From: Negaprion brevirostris
Lineage: Eukaryota
Direction: 5' to 3'
Length of the DNA stretch: 64,000 bases
NCBI GenBank assembly: GCA_030324005.1
Contig: JARDVH010000025.1
Span: 83,635,521-83,699,520 of the forward strand
The first letter of the stretch is position 1; each line of letters starts with the position of its first letter. A program made the position numbers and the translations under genes. Shown piece by piece: positions 37,040-49,600 of the stretch. The notes beneath the pieces were generated by a model that was not told where the DNA came from, did not search any database, and saw only the letters and a program-made list of their open reading frames with translations.

Positions 37040-38640
37040 TTGTATCTAACCCCAAGGATAAGCTTCCGACCATATATCCACACCATCACCAAAACCACGT
37101 CCTTCCAACTCCATAGTATTGCCTAACTCTGCCCCTTAGCTCATCTGCTGGTGAAATCCTCATCCATGCCTTTATAACATCCATTATTTATTTTAATGAA
37201 TTCATGGCTGATCTCCAAACTTCCATTCTCCATGAATTGAGCTCATCTGAAACTCTCATGAGTTTTCTAACTCTCAACAAGTCGTGTTTATCCATCACAG
37301 CTCAGCTCATTGATCTACACTGACTCCAGGTTGAGCAAAGCTTTGATTTTAAAATTCTCATCCTTATTTTCAAATCCTTACAATGCTTCATGCCCCCTTC
37401 CTTATTTCTAATCTTCTCCAGCTCCCCAAATCCTCTGAGATATTGATGCTCCTCCAATTCTGAGTATGCCCAATTTTCATCACACTACCCATTGGTAGCC
37501 ATGTCTTACTGCTGCAGCGTTAAGCTCTGCCATTTCCTTTCCAAACCTCTCTACCTCTGCTGTTTGTCGTTTTTATAAATGAGCTGGATGAGGGCATAGA
37601 AGAATGGGCTAGTAAATTTGTGGATGACACTAAAGTCAGTGGAGTTGTGGACGGTGTGAAAGGATGTTGAAGTTGCAGAGGGATATAGATAAGCTGCAGA
37701 GCTGGGCTGAGAGATGGCAAATGGAGTTTAATGTGGAAAAGTGTGAAGTGATTCACTTTGGAAGGAGTAACAGGAATACAGAGTACTGGGCNNNNNNNNN
37801 NNNNNNNNNNNNNNNNNNNNNNNNNNNNNNNNNNNNNNNNNNNNNNNNNNNNNNNNNNNNNNNNNNNNNNNNNNNNNNNNNNNNNNNNNNNNNNNNNNNN
37901 NNNNNNNNNNNNNNNNNNNNNNNNNNNNNNNNNNNNNNNNNNNNNNNNNNNNNNNNNNNNNNNNNNNNNNNNNNNNNNNNNNNNNNNNNNNNNNNNNNNN
38001 NNNNNNNNNNNNNNNNNNNNNNNNNNNNNNNNNNNNNNNNNNNNNNNNNNNNNNNNNNNNNNNNNNNNNNNNNNNNNNNNNNNNNNNNNNNNNNNNNNNN
38101 NNNNNNNNNNNNNNNNNNNNNNNNNNNNNNNNNNNNNNNNNNNNNNNNNNNNNNNNNNNNNNNNNNNNNNNNNNNNNNNNNNNNNNNNNNNNNNNNNNNN
38201 NNNNNNNNNNNNNNNNNNNNNNNNNNNNNNNNNNNNNNNNNNNNNNNNNNNNNNNNNNNNNNTGTCAGAGGTAGGTTCTTTACTCAGAGAGTAGTAACAA
38301 TGTGGAACGCCCTGCCTGCAGCAGTAGTGGATTCGGCAACATTAAAGGCATTTAAATGGTCATTGGATAAACATATGGATGATATTGGAATAGTGTTGGT
38401 TAGATGGGCTTTAGGTTGGTTTCACAGGTTGGCGAAATATCGAAGACCGAAGGGCCTGTACTGCACTGTAATGTTCTACCTCACTTTCCTCCTTTAAAGG
38501 TGGTCCTTTAAAACCTACCACTTTGACCAAATCTGCCCATGGATTGCCTTATGTAACCTAATGTCCAATTCTGTTTGAAAATGCTTTTGCAGAATGCTCT
38601 GGCAAGTTTCACTGTGTTAATGCCTTTACATTAATGTTTT
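37040..38640 (+). mobile_element. Old L2-like LINE fragment interrupted by a younger CR1 (37558-38480)
   Basis: L2-type AEILIHAFI and L..LH*L.V.Q..DFKILIL.FKSL motifs. The CR1 corresponds to ORF 37664..38497. L2 tail resumes after 38482. Confidence 0.7.
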
Positions 38641-41529
38641 ATTTCCAGTTGGCATTCACACAAAAGATATTGAAGACAACTGAATTAAGGTATACACAGT
38701 AGAATGGAGCCTCCACCAAGTAGGACCATAACCAACTTGGTGGGGTGTTGTTGTGGAAGGTATAACCCTCAGGTTTGTCTATTGGAAGGTAGCCATAGAA
38801 GATTGGGATTCGAGTTCAAAGTCAGTTTCAACAAATCCTGTGAAAGGAAGGTCAGGGCCTAGGTTAGGAGTCAAGTTCTAGCTGGCCGGAACATAGGTTG
38901 TGATTGACCAGAAAGTAAAATATTTCAAAGTAAATAATTCCAAATAATATTGTGTGTCTGGAATGATATTAATTCTGTAGACTTAGCTAAATTAAGTCTA
39001 ATTTGTTCCGTTTTGAATATTCAGTAAAAATAAACCAGCTTTTTATAATTAGGGAACTGACTACTAGACTGTACCTTTCCATAGTGTGCCATTTTACATT
39101 GAAACATTGACTAGTGGAAGTAAACTTTCAATTGTGAGGGACACGGCCGGATTTATGGGTGATATTAATCCAATAGCCTATCTAGGAGGTAACACTACCA
39201 CCCACAATTAACAGGACTCCCACTTCCTTCCAGGCTTTACTTAATAGCACATGTCTGCTCCGAGTGCGTGCTATTTGTTTCTGTTGGCCACAGATACTGA
39301 AATCTGCTTAACAGTGCAACCGAATGGCCCTAGGGGACATCAAGCTCATGTCACTGTGCATTGTCGAGTAGTTATATTGCATGTCAGTAACAAACATGGT
39401 TTTTTAGATTACTGTGTCAGTTCCAGCTGCTGTACTGAATCTGTCACTGTTACTCTCACATCATACTTGGTTTATACTCTAACACAGAAATGGACCCTGT
39501 TACTTTATGTAGATGTTTAGGGCCTTTACTTTTGCAATCCTGAATCCAAAATAGGTCTAACTTTAGGTATTTCCTAAAGTCATGAATTATTTTACTTCAG
39601 TGCAGTATTTCATTGTGTGCTCACTCCAACACTAGCCAGTTTAAGAAGCAAAAAATAAATGAACTGAAGACGATATATTTTCTCAAAGAAATATTCAGAA
39701 AAGTAGCGTCAGTGCCTTGTCTGGTGCTGAGTGTTATTGTGACATCTATGAAGGTGGTCTCCCGGTGGCTGCTGATTAAAACATTTCCACTTTAGTGGCT
39801 AAATCACAGTAGTGGAAGCGAACCACCAGATGACTACAGTAACTTCTACGTGGATAAGATTTAGTGAAATATAAAAGGAAGACCAATTCATTAATGGGTA
39901 GTCTTAGCAAATTATCAGCATGTTTCCGATCCTGGGCCCGACCTGAATTACCTATTGCACATGGTAATTGCACAGCGCAATGTGCATTTCCCATGGATTC
40001 ACTCCTGCAGACAGTTCACACGCCATATGCCTGTTTCTAACACATACTGTCAAACTAGATTCAGCAATGAGCGCAGAGAGGATTAATGGACTATTATTAC
40101 ATAATGTAAGGCGCCAAATCCCCAGCAACACTGGTCATTCCCTGTAGTGTACAGATAAGCTGGGCTTTGTAGTAGAACAAAAACAGCTAAAAGCTTCCCT
40201 TGTGAGTATAAATTATAAATATACATCGAAAGTGTTTATGCTATAAGTGCAGAGGTGGAGGATTCTTTGTGACGACCGCTCGTTATTGTGATGTACCCTC
40301 AGTAAAAACACTTCCCGTTTTCACCAAATGTCAAAAATACCAACAACATAATGCAGTGATTTTCAAATGGCTCTCCTTGCAATTATTTTGAATGACAACT
40401 TGCTGAACCCCATATGCAAGAGCTTTACATGCAATACGTTTACTGTAGTTTTATTCATTTGCAAAGGTTCTCAAAAGTATTTTATCAGCTAACTGTTAGT
40501 ATTGAAATATTTAAAACTCATTTGCAAAAAGTCAGATTTCTGCAAACTTTGACAATTATGCCATAAAAGAATGGGTTGATGCTTGTTGATTAGCAGCTTT
40601 AGGAGCTCATAACACTAGCATTGAAGATGGATAGCATTTACAACAGCTTGTACAAGAAGTTACTAACCACATGCACCTTACGCTGAACACTGATTCCATT
40701 TATTGACTGCTGCTCTAATTTTTTATGTCAGTCCATGATATTTAAACATACCAATTCAAAACCAGATTACAGGGAGAGCCTGCTGCGCACCAAATGGAAG
40801 ATTTTTTTACTTAAGGCTTCTAGACAAGTGCCAAAAAGAGAAGCTAAGCATAACTTGTCATATTCATGGTGGCTTCCTGCAACTTAATAAAGTTTTGATT
40901 GGAAATGCCAGACCTGTCAAAGGCAGCAGCATGGTGCTGAAATGTTTTACATGGAGGGGTTAATGTGAACTTGAGTGTGAGGTCAGACGCGATGAGCTGT
41001 GACAGTCCCAGAGCTATCCCAGCTGCACAAGCATCGGCACCATGGCCTCATTCGGCTGGTGGAGCTTGATATCCTGGGAACTCTAATGTCAGCCACCCTC
41101 ACCGCCACTAACCACCCACCCCCCAATCTGGCGCCGTCAGAGTCTGCGCACTTACCAAATGCTGTGCCTTTATCAAACTATCTGTTGCACACAGGCTGAC
41201 AGCTGGGTTATTAATCACACAGTGACATAATTTTCGAGTCACTTTGCAAAGCAGACTACTTCACATTTCTATTATAAAAAACTGGTCATGATTAACAGGA
41301 GGTTATAATATCCCTGCATTTCCCTTTTACTTCAACCATTGTATTGATTTTGTAAAATTATATTTGTCTAGAATTTCGCATTGTTACACACACGATTGTT
41401 ATTTTACAAATGTAATAGAGAAGTGTTTCCTCTTCTCTGTATTTGTTGGATTAAATCTGGCTCCATTACACTGCCCTGGGTTTCCTATGACTGTCCTGAT
41501 AGTGTATCGGGGCTTGCATCTCTGACAGT

Positions 41530-41945
41530 GAGGCTCAATCAGAGCACTTCCACCTCTGAATCAGAAGCTTGAGGATTCAAGTTCCACTCCAGGAGGTTGG
41601 AACACACAGTGCTTTGTTGGCACCTCAGTGCTGCTCTGAGGGAGTGCTACATTGCCAGAAGTTTCATCTTCCAGATAAGACATTGAGCTGACACCCTTTT
41701 TTTCTCCCTGAGGTGGACAAAAATCAAGATATTATTAGAAGAAGAGCAGGGGATTTACCCAGGCGTCTTCTCCTCAACCAATTGCACTAAATAAGAAGAT
41801 TACCTGGTCATTATCAAATTGTTAAATTGTGGGTGCCACATTTCCTAAATTACAACAAAACCTCTTACATTTTAAAAACTATTTAATTGGCATAGGACTT
41901 CCAGCTGTCCTGAGGTCATGGCAGATATTTTCTAAGTGCAAGCCT
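41530..41945 (+). mobile_element. Deu-domain SINE (SacSINE1/AmnSINE1-like), degenerate
   Basis: CTCTGAATCAGAAG head, CTGAGGGAGTGCT, GAAGAAGAGCAGGGG, GATTACCTGGTCATTATCA and TTTCCTAAATTACAACA match the remembered Deu consensus. Confidence 0.7.
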
Positions 41946-41960
41946 TTCCTCCTTCCCCTC

Positions 41961-44741
41961 TGTGCTGATTGTCCCTTTAAGGGCAGAAGAGGGTCATCTA
42001 GCTTGAGGAACCACTTAGGATGAGAGTGGGTAATCACCCCAGGGGCTGAAGTCTTCTCTAAGGCAAAAGACATGAAGAAGGCATATGGAAGACATGTCGG
42101 GACTGGGGCAGCCGGTCTCTGTATAAATTTCCTTATTTATAAACGCCTTTTGTGTTTCTGACAAAGTCTGTAAGCTAACTTCATTAGATTGGCAACAAGG
42201 ATAAAATGGATTATGAGGACACTGCCTCTGGCCCGGCACCTGTGATAATCCTGTTTTAAGCTAAGTGTGAAGAAAAACCTACTCACCCAAATGCAAACCT
42301 GAATTGCATAGTATGGTCAGAAGTTTAGAAATATATAGTAAAGAATGAAAGATAGTAACCCACAGATGCAAGAGCTGTGATTTTGTGTTTCAGGAAAAGT
42401 GAAACTTAAGTTTAAAAAAAGACAGAGTTGCTACAAAGCCTTTGAGAGATAAAGGAAAGAAGAGAACACAGAACAGTATTTTTAAGTGATTGAAGAAAAA
42501 CGCCCCAAGGAGCTGCAGGACCTGTCCCAAAAATAATCCTTTGAACCGCGAGAACACTGCATCTTGCAATGAAATCGACAGAAGAAGTGGTACAACTTTT
42601 AATATGGCGATGCATCTAATGCAGCAACTGCAAGAAGAAATGGAGGGCAACAGACAGGAAAATTACAGAATACCCAGATAGAGGACAACTTTCAAAAAAG
42701 GTCCATCAGCAACAGAAACTTCAGGGAACAGGCAATGCTAGCCTTCAGAATTGAGAATGAAGACATCAGGGAAGAGGCAACAGAAGACCCCAGAAAGACG
42801 AAGTGAAAGACCCCAGAAGGATAACACTGAAATACACCCAGAGAGCAATGAAAGGCCCCAGGAGGAGGGCATTGAAAGATAACAAATGATTAAATGAAGG
42901 GCAATGAGAAAATTGCAGAATGGAAACAAGACAACACTTTGTCTAGACAGACCTGACCAGAGGGTTTAGTTGTAGTTAAGACAAGTAGAAATGAAGGTTG
43001 CATTTGGGAAAAGTGTATGACTAGTAAGAACATGGTGGATTCGGAGAGAAACACTGAAATTAAAGACTTCGAAAGAAACTAGGAACTACTAAATGTAGGG
43101 GAATCAGCAAAAAGAATTAAAGCTCTAGAGAAGACATTAAAATAACCAAATGAAACAACTCACAGAAAACTTGAAAGAGAAACTGAACTCAATGAAAAAC
43201 CAGAAAATAAGAACGGCTAGTGAAAAATTGGATCAGGGGAATAAGAGCTTGAAGAAAGTAAGTTTGGCAATGAGAAATTAACTGAAGAAGTAAAAACATT
43301 GAAACTGACAACAGAAGATTGCCCATGCCTATTTTCATTAATGACCTGGAGGAAGGAGTAGAATGTAAGGTTTTCAAATCTGTCGATTATAAGAAGATAG
43401 GTGGAAGGGCAGTTTGCGATGAGGATGTTGTGGTTCTGCAATGGGATGTGGATAGATTGGGTGACTGGCTGGGAACCTGGCAAATGGAGAATCAGTGCGA
43501 GATCATGCATTTAGGTAGGGAAAATTAGAAGTCAGATTATTATCTAATTGGAGAGGAACTTCAGGTGATTGAAGTACAGAGGGATTTAGGTGTTGTAGTG
43601 CATGAATTACAAAAAGCTAGCAGGCAGGTCCAACAAGTAGCTAAGAAAGCCTTTATTGTAAAGGTGACAGAGTTTAAAAATAGGGAGATTTTGTTACAAT
43701 TGTGCAGGGTGTTGTTGAGGCCTAACCTGGAATACTGCATACTGCTTTGGTCCCCTTAATTAAAAAAAGGATATAGTAACATTGGAGGCAATCCGAAGGA
43801 GAGTCACCAGGCTAATTCCTGGGAAAAGAGGGTTGTCCTATCAAGAGAGACTAAATAGTTTGTGTCTGTATTCCTTAGAAGGGTGAGGGGTAAACTTATT
43901 CAAATGTATGAAATCCTGAGGAGGCTTGACAGGATAAATAGTGAGATGTTTTCACTATTGGGAGAGTCGTGAACAAGGGAATTATAGCTGTAGGGTAAAG
44001 GGCCGATCATTTAAAATTGAGGTGCATAAAAAATTATTCTTGTAGACAGTGGTGAATCTCTGGAATTCTCTGTCTCAAAGGATGGTGAGGGCTGGATCAT
44101 TGGAATTATTTAAAGTGGAGTGGATAAGTTTGTTAGGTCAAGAGGACTATCTGAAATGGCGTAGAAAAGGAGTTGAGACCGGCATAGATAAGCCATGAGC
44201 ATATTGAATGCCAGGCAGGCTTGAAGAGTCTATTTCCATTTCTTGTCTTGTGTCCTTGTGTTGAGATACCTGTTACTAACAGTTCCTGTTAATGTTGATC
44301 TTGCGAAAGCATATGGAATTGTGGTTCAGATTATGGAATTACATCTCATTACAAGAAACAGAAAACCCCCTCAAAGACTCGATTTATAAGTGCCCAATTT
44401 ATCTAGTTAGAATTTGAGCTTGAGTAACTTAGTCTTGAATATTATATGGAAGAATTAAAGGGGAAGGGATGTGGTGAATGTACTGATTGTCCCCTTAAGG
44501 GTAACACAGCAGAAGACGGTCAACTGGCTTGAGGGACCAGTTAGGACGAGAGTGGGTAATCACCCCAAGGGACGGAATCCTCTCTTAGGCTAGAGACAGG
44601 TAGCAGCATGTAGAAGACATGTAGGGACTGGGGCAGCTGGTGGACTGTTCCAGGGCAGCCAGTGAGGCTGCGGGCATCTGTACGGTTTTACCTTGTTAAT
44701 AAATACCCACTGTGTTCCTGACAAAGTCAGTGCATCATTAC
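41961..44741 (+). mobile_element. Internally deleted Gypsy-type LTR retrotransposon
   Basis: Direct repeats at 41961-42188 and 44470-44741. PBS-like TGGCAACAAGGAT at 42190. PPT AAAGGGGAAGGGA at 44457-44469. Integrase-type C-terminus TRNRKPPQRLDL* at 44351-44389. Confidence 0.8.
43320..44262 (+). mobile_element. CR1 LINE nested in the Gypsy element
   Basis: ORFs 43319 (IFINDLEEGVEC) and 43565 (QRDLGV.VHE, RPNLEYC), then a CR1 3' tail. Confidence 0.85.
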
Positions 44742-45327
44742 GTCCTCTGTTTCCTGCTTTTCCTTTTTCACAGTGCTTATTCAATGCTGCCAGTTGGAAG
44801 CGTTCCTGATCACCCACCTCACTTTTCTTGCACTTGTTGGACAACTCAGCAGAGGAGCATCTGTAAAAATCTAGCACAATGGCCTCCTCCTACACCTGCA
44901 CAAGGATTTGCTTGGGATTCAGTGTCTGTCTGATCCTAGGCATGTTCAACCTTGGAAAATCTACTATAGTGATCTGTTGGAATAGCTGCACATAATAGTA
45001 TAATATTATTCTGAACATGAAGCATTAATACTATCTGGAATGTTATTTTATTCGGAAATAATTGAGATATTAGGATTATTTCCATGAAAACAACAAAGTT
45101 GCAGTGCAGTATTCATAGTATATTCTTATTTTATTCGAAGGGTTGTGATTAAATAAGAAAGGAAAGGCTACTTCTTTTGATTGCAGAGTCAATGATGAGG
45201 GGCACCTAATCTGAAATTGTCACTGACAGAAGAGAACAAAACATTTCCTTGCACTGTGGGTTTTTTACCTTTGCCATAGGAATAGGTATGACAAAGATCA
45301 TTGTGCCCTTTAAGAAAAAATGGATAA

Positions 45328-46059
45328 ACATAAGAACATAAGAACATAAGAAATAAGAGCAGGAGTAGGCCATCCAGCCCTTCGAGCCTGCCCCGCCATT
45401 CAATAANNNNNNNNNNNNNNNNNNNNNNNNNNNNNNNNNNNNNNNNNNNNNNNNNNNNNNNNNNNNNNNNNNNNNNNNNNNNNNNNNNNNNNNNNNNNNN
45501 NNNNNNNNNNNNNNNNNNNNNNNNNNNNNNNNNNNNNNNNNNNNNNNNNNNNNNNNNNNNNNNNNNNNNNNNNNNNNNNNNNNNNNNNNNNNNNNNNNNN
45601 NNNNNNNNNNNNNNNNNNNNNNNNNNNNNNNNNNNNNNNNNNNNNNNNNNNNNNNNNNNNNNNNNNNNNNNNNNNNNNNNNNNNNNNNNNNNNNNNNNNN
45701 NNNNNNNNNNNNNNNNNNNNNNNNNNNNNNNNNNNNNNNNNNNNNNNNNNNNNNNNNNNNNNNNNNNNNNNNNNNNNNNNNNNNNNNNNNNNNNNNNNNN
45801 NNNNNNNNNNNNNNNNNNNNNNNNNNNNNNNNNNNNNNNNNNNNNNNNNNNNNNNNNNNNNNNNNNNNNNNNNNNNNNNNNNNNNNNNNNNNNNNNNNNN
45901 NNNNNNNNNNNNNNNNNNNNNNNNNNNNNNNNNNNNNNNNNNNNNNNNNNNNNNNNNNNNNNNNNNNNNNNNNNNNNNNNNNNNNNNNNTATTGAATGGC
46001 GGGGCAGGCTCGAAGGGCTAGATGGCCTACTCCTGCTCCTATTTCTTATGTTCTTATGA
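45328..46059. mobile_element. Two CR1 3' tails in inverted orientation around an N gap
   Basis: 45328-45406 is the reverse complement of 45990-46059 apart from a few mismatches. Confidence 0.75.
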
Positions 46060-47174
46060 GTGATGGCTGAGATTCCAGTTTTCTTTCCATCACATGGCTG
46101 ATGAGCCAACAATCACTCTTTCTTTTCCCACCTGCCATCGCTGTGTGCTGGAATGGTTTGTTGGTTGATATTCAACCTGGATACACTTGCCTTAGACATT
46201 AGGTCCTTGGGTGAGACTTGAACCTGGAGCTTCTGACTCAGAGTCAGAGATGCTACCCACTGACCACAAGACCTTCTACAGTCATTATGTGGATATTAGA
46301 AGAGGCTCAGCAGATATCAGGACATTAAGTTAATTAATATGAAGGTCAAACTACTGCATACATTAATATCAAATTCTCCATTCCTTCCAACACAGAAGAG
46401 AATTTTATCAAATGGATAAGGTATTCTATTGCATTTGAGTGATGCTGGCTTTTCAAGGGAACTGCCCCATGATCAATTACTGCATTATTAACATATTTAA
46501 CTTTCAAACAGTTTCCAATTATAAGAGTTGAAGTTGACAGGAGCTCTTAAATTTGCCTGTCAAAAGGTTCTTGGTTCCACAGCAGGCTCCCCACAATGTT
46601 CGTGAACTGACTTACCTGGCATGCTTCCTACAGCTTTCAGGACCTGCACCTGCCTTGATAAAAACAGCAACCTAAGGAAAAATGGAATTTAGAGCAGGCA
46701 TTTAAATAGCATAACATCGCTTTAAATGCACATCATTAACATAACATCACTTTAAATGCACATCACTTCACAATTGACACATTCCTGACCAAGGGAAAAT
46801 GGAGGATGATAGGAATTGGCCAGGTAACTTTAAATTCAAGACCCACTACGCCTCTTGTTTGGTCCTCCTGCTGTGGGTTTGCTCAACATCAAGAGGGGAA
46901 AATCCAGCCCAAAAAGTTGATTAGCCTCCTCAGGTGGAGTTATGGTGGAAATGGCCAGACTATGGGGCTTAGAGAACTCCTTCATTCACTCTCAAAGTGT
47001 GAAATATTTCAGCTACATGGGTCAGTTGGGAGCTGGAGATGTGTTGACAAATGTGTTTGTGCCTGCCTGTCTCGTGCAACGTAGATACACTTCTGATGAC
47101 CGTGTGAAGTCTACTGGAGCCACAAAGAACCGCCTGTTAACATGTTCACGATTTGCTGTTTATCCATGCCAAAC

Positions 47175-47462
47175 AGAAGCAGTGGCTAGTAATCCAGAGA
47201 CACAGAGTAATGCTCTAAGGATGTAGGTTCGAATGCCACCATGGCAGATGGTGAAATTTGAAAGCAATACTAATTTTGAATTAAAAATCTAATGATGACT
47301 ATGAAATCATTGTCATAAAAACCCAACTTGTTCATTGATATGCTTTAGAAAAGGAAATCTGTCCTTACCTGGTTTGGCCTACATGTGACTCCAGATCTAC
47401 AGCAATCAGGGATGGGCAATTTGTTGGCTAAGCCAACCCACATCCCATGAACAAATTAAAAA
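47175..47462 (+). mobile_element. tRNA-head SINE with CR1-like tail
   Basis: B-box GGTTCGAAT; body shared with 25293-25570; A-rich end. Confidence 0.7.
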
Positions 47463-48329
47463 ATTCATATGAACCTTATGGAGCTTTCTCAAGTCCAATT
47501 ATTAACACTCATTACTCGACACATTCAATGTTCAAGCGGCAACTTTTATGATATGCATGTTTTTCAAGGGCTTCACCCATCAAACATGTGCTTTCTGTCA
47601 CTCAGAATGGGTTCAAGTGAAACATATACCATCACCGGAGGTGCAGCAGCGGAAACATAAGCCATCAATAAAAAGGGGGTGAATGCATTAGTTGTGCTGA
47701 CTGACACATCAGTTACCTGTTTGCATGCAAGAGCAGCACATCTTCTGATATTGTGGTGCCAGCTGGAAATAGGTATATCAGTTGAAAGCAATGATGATCT
47801 TGCCCTATCTTGTAACTTGGCTGGAAAAGTCTTTGCCACAGATGGCAAAACTCTATCACTGCCTCCTAGTAGACCTTGACAAGCTGAGGCAGGTGCCCTC
47901 AAATTTTAGCAGTTAGTGTGCCAGGATCTGCAGATGAATACAGTCTACTGTCTGCTGATTTTCCTGTTATGACATTTTCCCAAATTGCACTGCTTCAACT
48001 TCGAAACAACTGGGTTCAAGCTCTTTAAATACAAACATGACTTAAAGTATAGAAAGGTAGATGTCAGAACGTTTTCTCTGAAATATCAATATAAACTTTA
48101 GAAACATGCCAAAAAGGTAAAGGATAAAATTACATTAATGAAGTATTGTGCACTTTAAAACCTTCGTTGCTAATGGAGTTTCTTTTGCTCCCATTCAAAA
48201 TAGGAAAACAGAGACACGCCAGGGGATATCGCAAGTGCTTAACTATATAGGATTGTTTCAGATCAATGGTCTTAACGAGGACGAACATGAAATGGACACA
48301 TGGGCATAGTCCAGTAAGAAAGGAATAAG

Positions 48330-49600
48330 GGACTTGGCAACCTATTTCTGTCAAGCATATTGCAACATGTTGTGAAATCTGCCAGAGCAGATTACCACCT
48401 ATCACAAGCCTGCCTTCAATGATCAATATATATAGACACAGTTAGTAATCTCACTGCAACTTAATGCTAAAATAGGCTACATCAAAGTTATCCTGCAGGA
48501 TAATGACTACTCTGACCAGATCATTGCTGACATGCAAAATAACCAATAGGTTTGAGGCCATCACTTTCAGACCTGAAAATTGCACAGTCTACCTCAAATT
48601 ACTCTGGAAGGGTATCTCAAACATCTAAGCAGCAGGTGGAGCCATTTCATGTTGCTACTATGCAGTGGCAACACAAGTGATGTTTTCCACTAATGGGATG
48701 TTGCCATCAAGTCAACAGGATGTTCTGCATATCACACAATTAAGTGATATGGTATATGAATCAGCGCCAGTGCAATGCCAGATATGTACATCATGTGTCT
48801 CAGTGACTGGACATTGTATCAAACAGCAGTTCACAATAGGCAGAGTACTGACTGCTTACAGCCAATCCATGCTTGAAAAACTCAGAACATAGTGTCTAAA
48901 GTTAGAAGTGATTGATTTGGCAGCACTTGCTGAACAATCTTGACCATAAGAAGTCTCACAGCACCAGGTTTATTTGGAATCACAAGCTTTCGGAGCACTC
49001 CTCCTTCATAGTGGATAAGCGGGAAAGTGGAACCGATCCACTTCAGATCAGCCATGATCTTATTGAATGGCTCGAAGGGCTAATGGCCTACTCCCGCTCC
49101 TATTCCGTATGTTCTTATCAGGTGAATGATTTGAAGCCCAACTCCAAAAACTCATGATTCTAAATAAACCTGTTGGACTTTAACCTGGTGTGGTGAGACT
49201 TCTTACTGTGCCCACCCCATTCCAATGCCACATCTCCTTATCAATCCTAACTGTGCTAAGAATTACACCAATAACCAATTTAAAATTATTAGTTAGGCTT
49301 GCAATGATGCTAGAAGCTACATATATTCATATGTGGGGACGTGGCCTCCATAGGCAAAAGGAATATATCCAAACATTGCAGCATTTTGATTAAACAAAAG
49401 AATGGGGGACAATATCTCCCTGGTTCATGTGCCTTTACAACATCTTGATCAATCAAAACTGACTTGCCAACCAATCAAGGTTCTTTTTCTTATGCAGTAT
49501 AAATGATATTTTCCTTTAAAATTTGGTATTCATGTGTCTGTCTTGGTGAGTGCAAGATGAAAGACTTCAACAGCATGTCTCTTTTCTCAATAATACTCAA
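48330..49600 (+). mobile_element. Penelope-like element remnant (RT C-terminus, GIY-YIG region, 3' end) with nested inserts
   Basis: YLKLLWKG, CYYAVATQVMFST..MLPSSQQDVL.ITQLS.MVYE..C.ARY remnants; 3' degenerate hammerhead-like TGGTGAGTGCAAGATGAAA near 49544. Confidence 0.65.

Noticed and set aside
42390-43320. Coiled-coil-like ORF fragments as a host gene
   Set aside because: Frameshifted and located between the PBS and PPT of an LTR element.
31717-46112. Long ORFs made mostly of X (e.g. 31717..32226, 37664..38497, 45189..46112)
   Set aside because: Artefacts of N runs inside CR1 repeats.
46711-46765. ~30-bp tandem duplication (ATAACATCRCTTTAAATGCACATCA twice)
   Set aside because: Ordinary slippage duplication with no sign of function.
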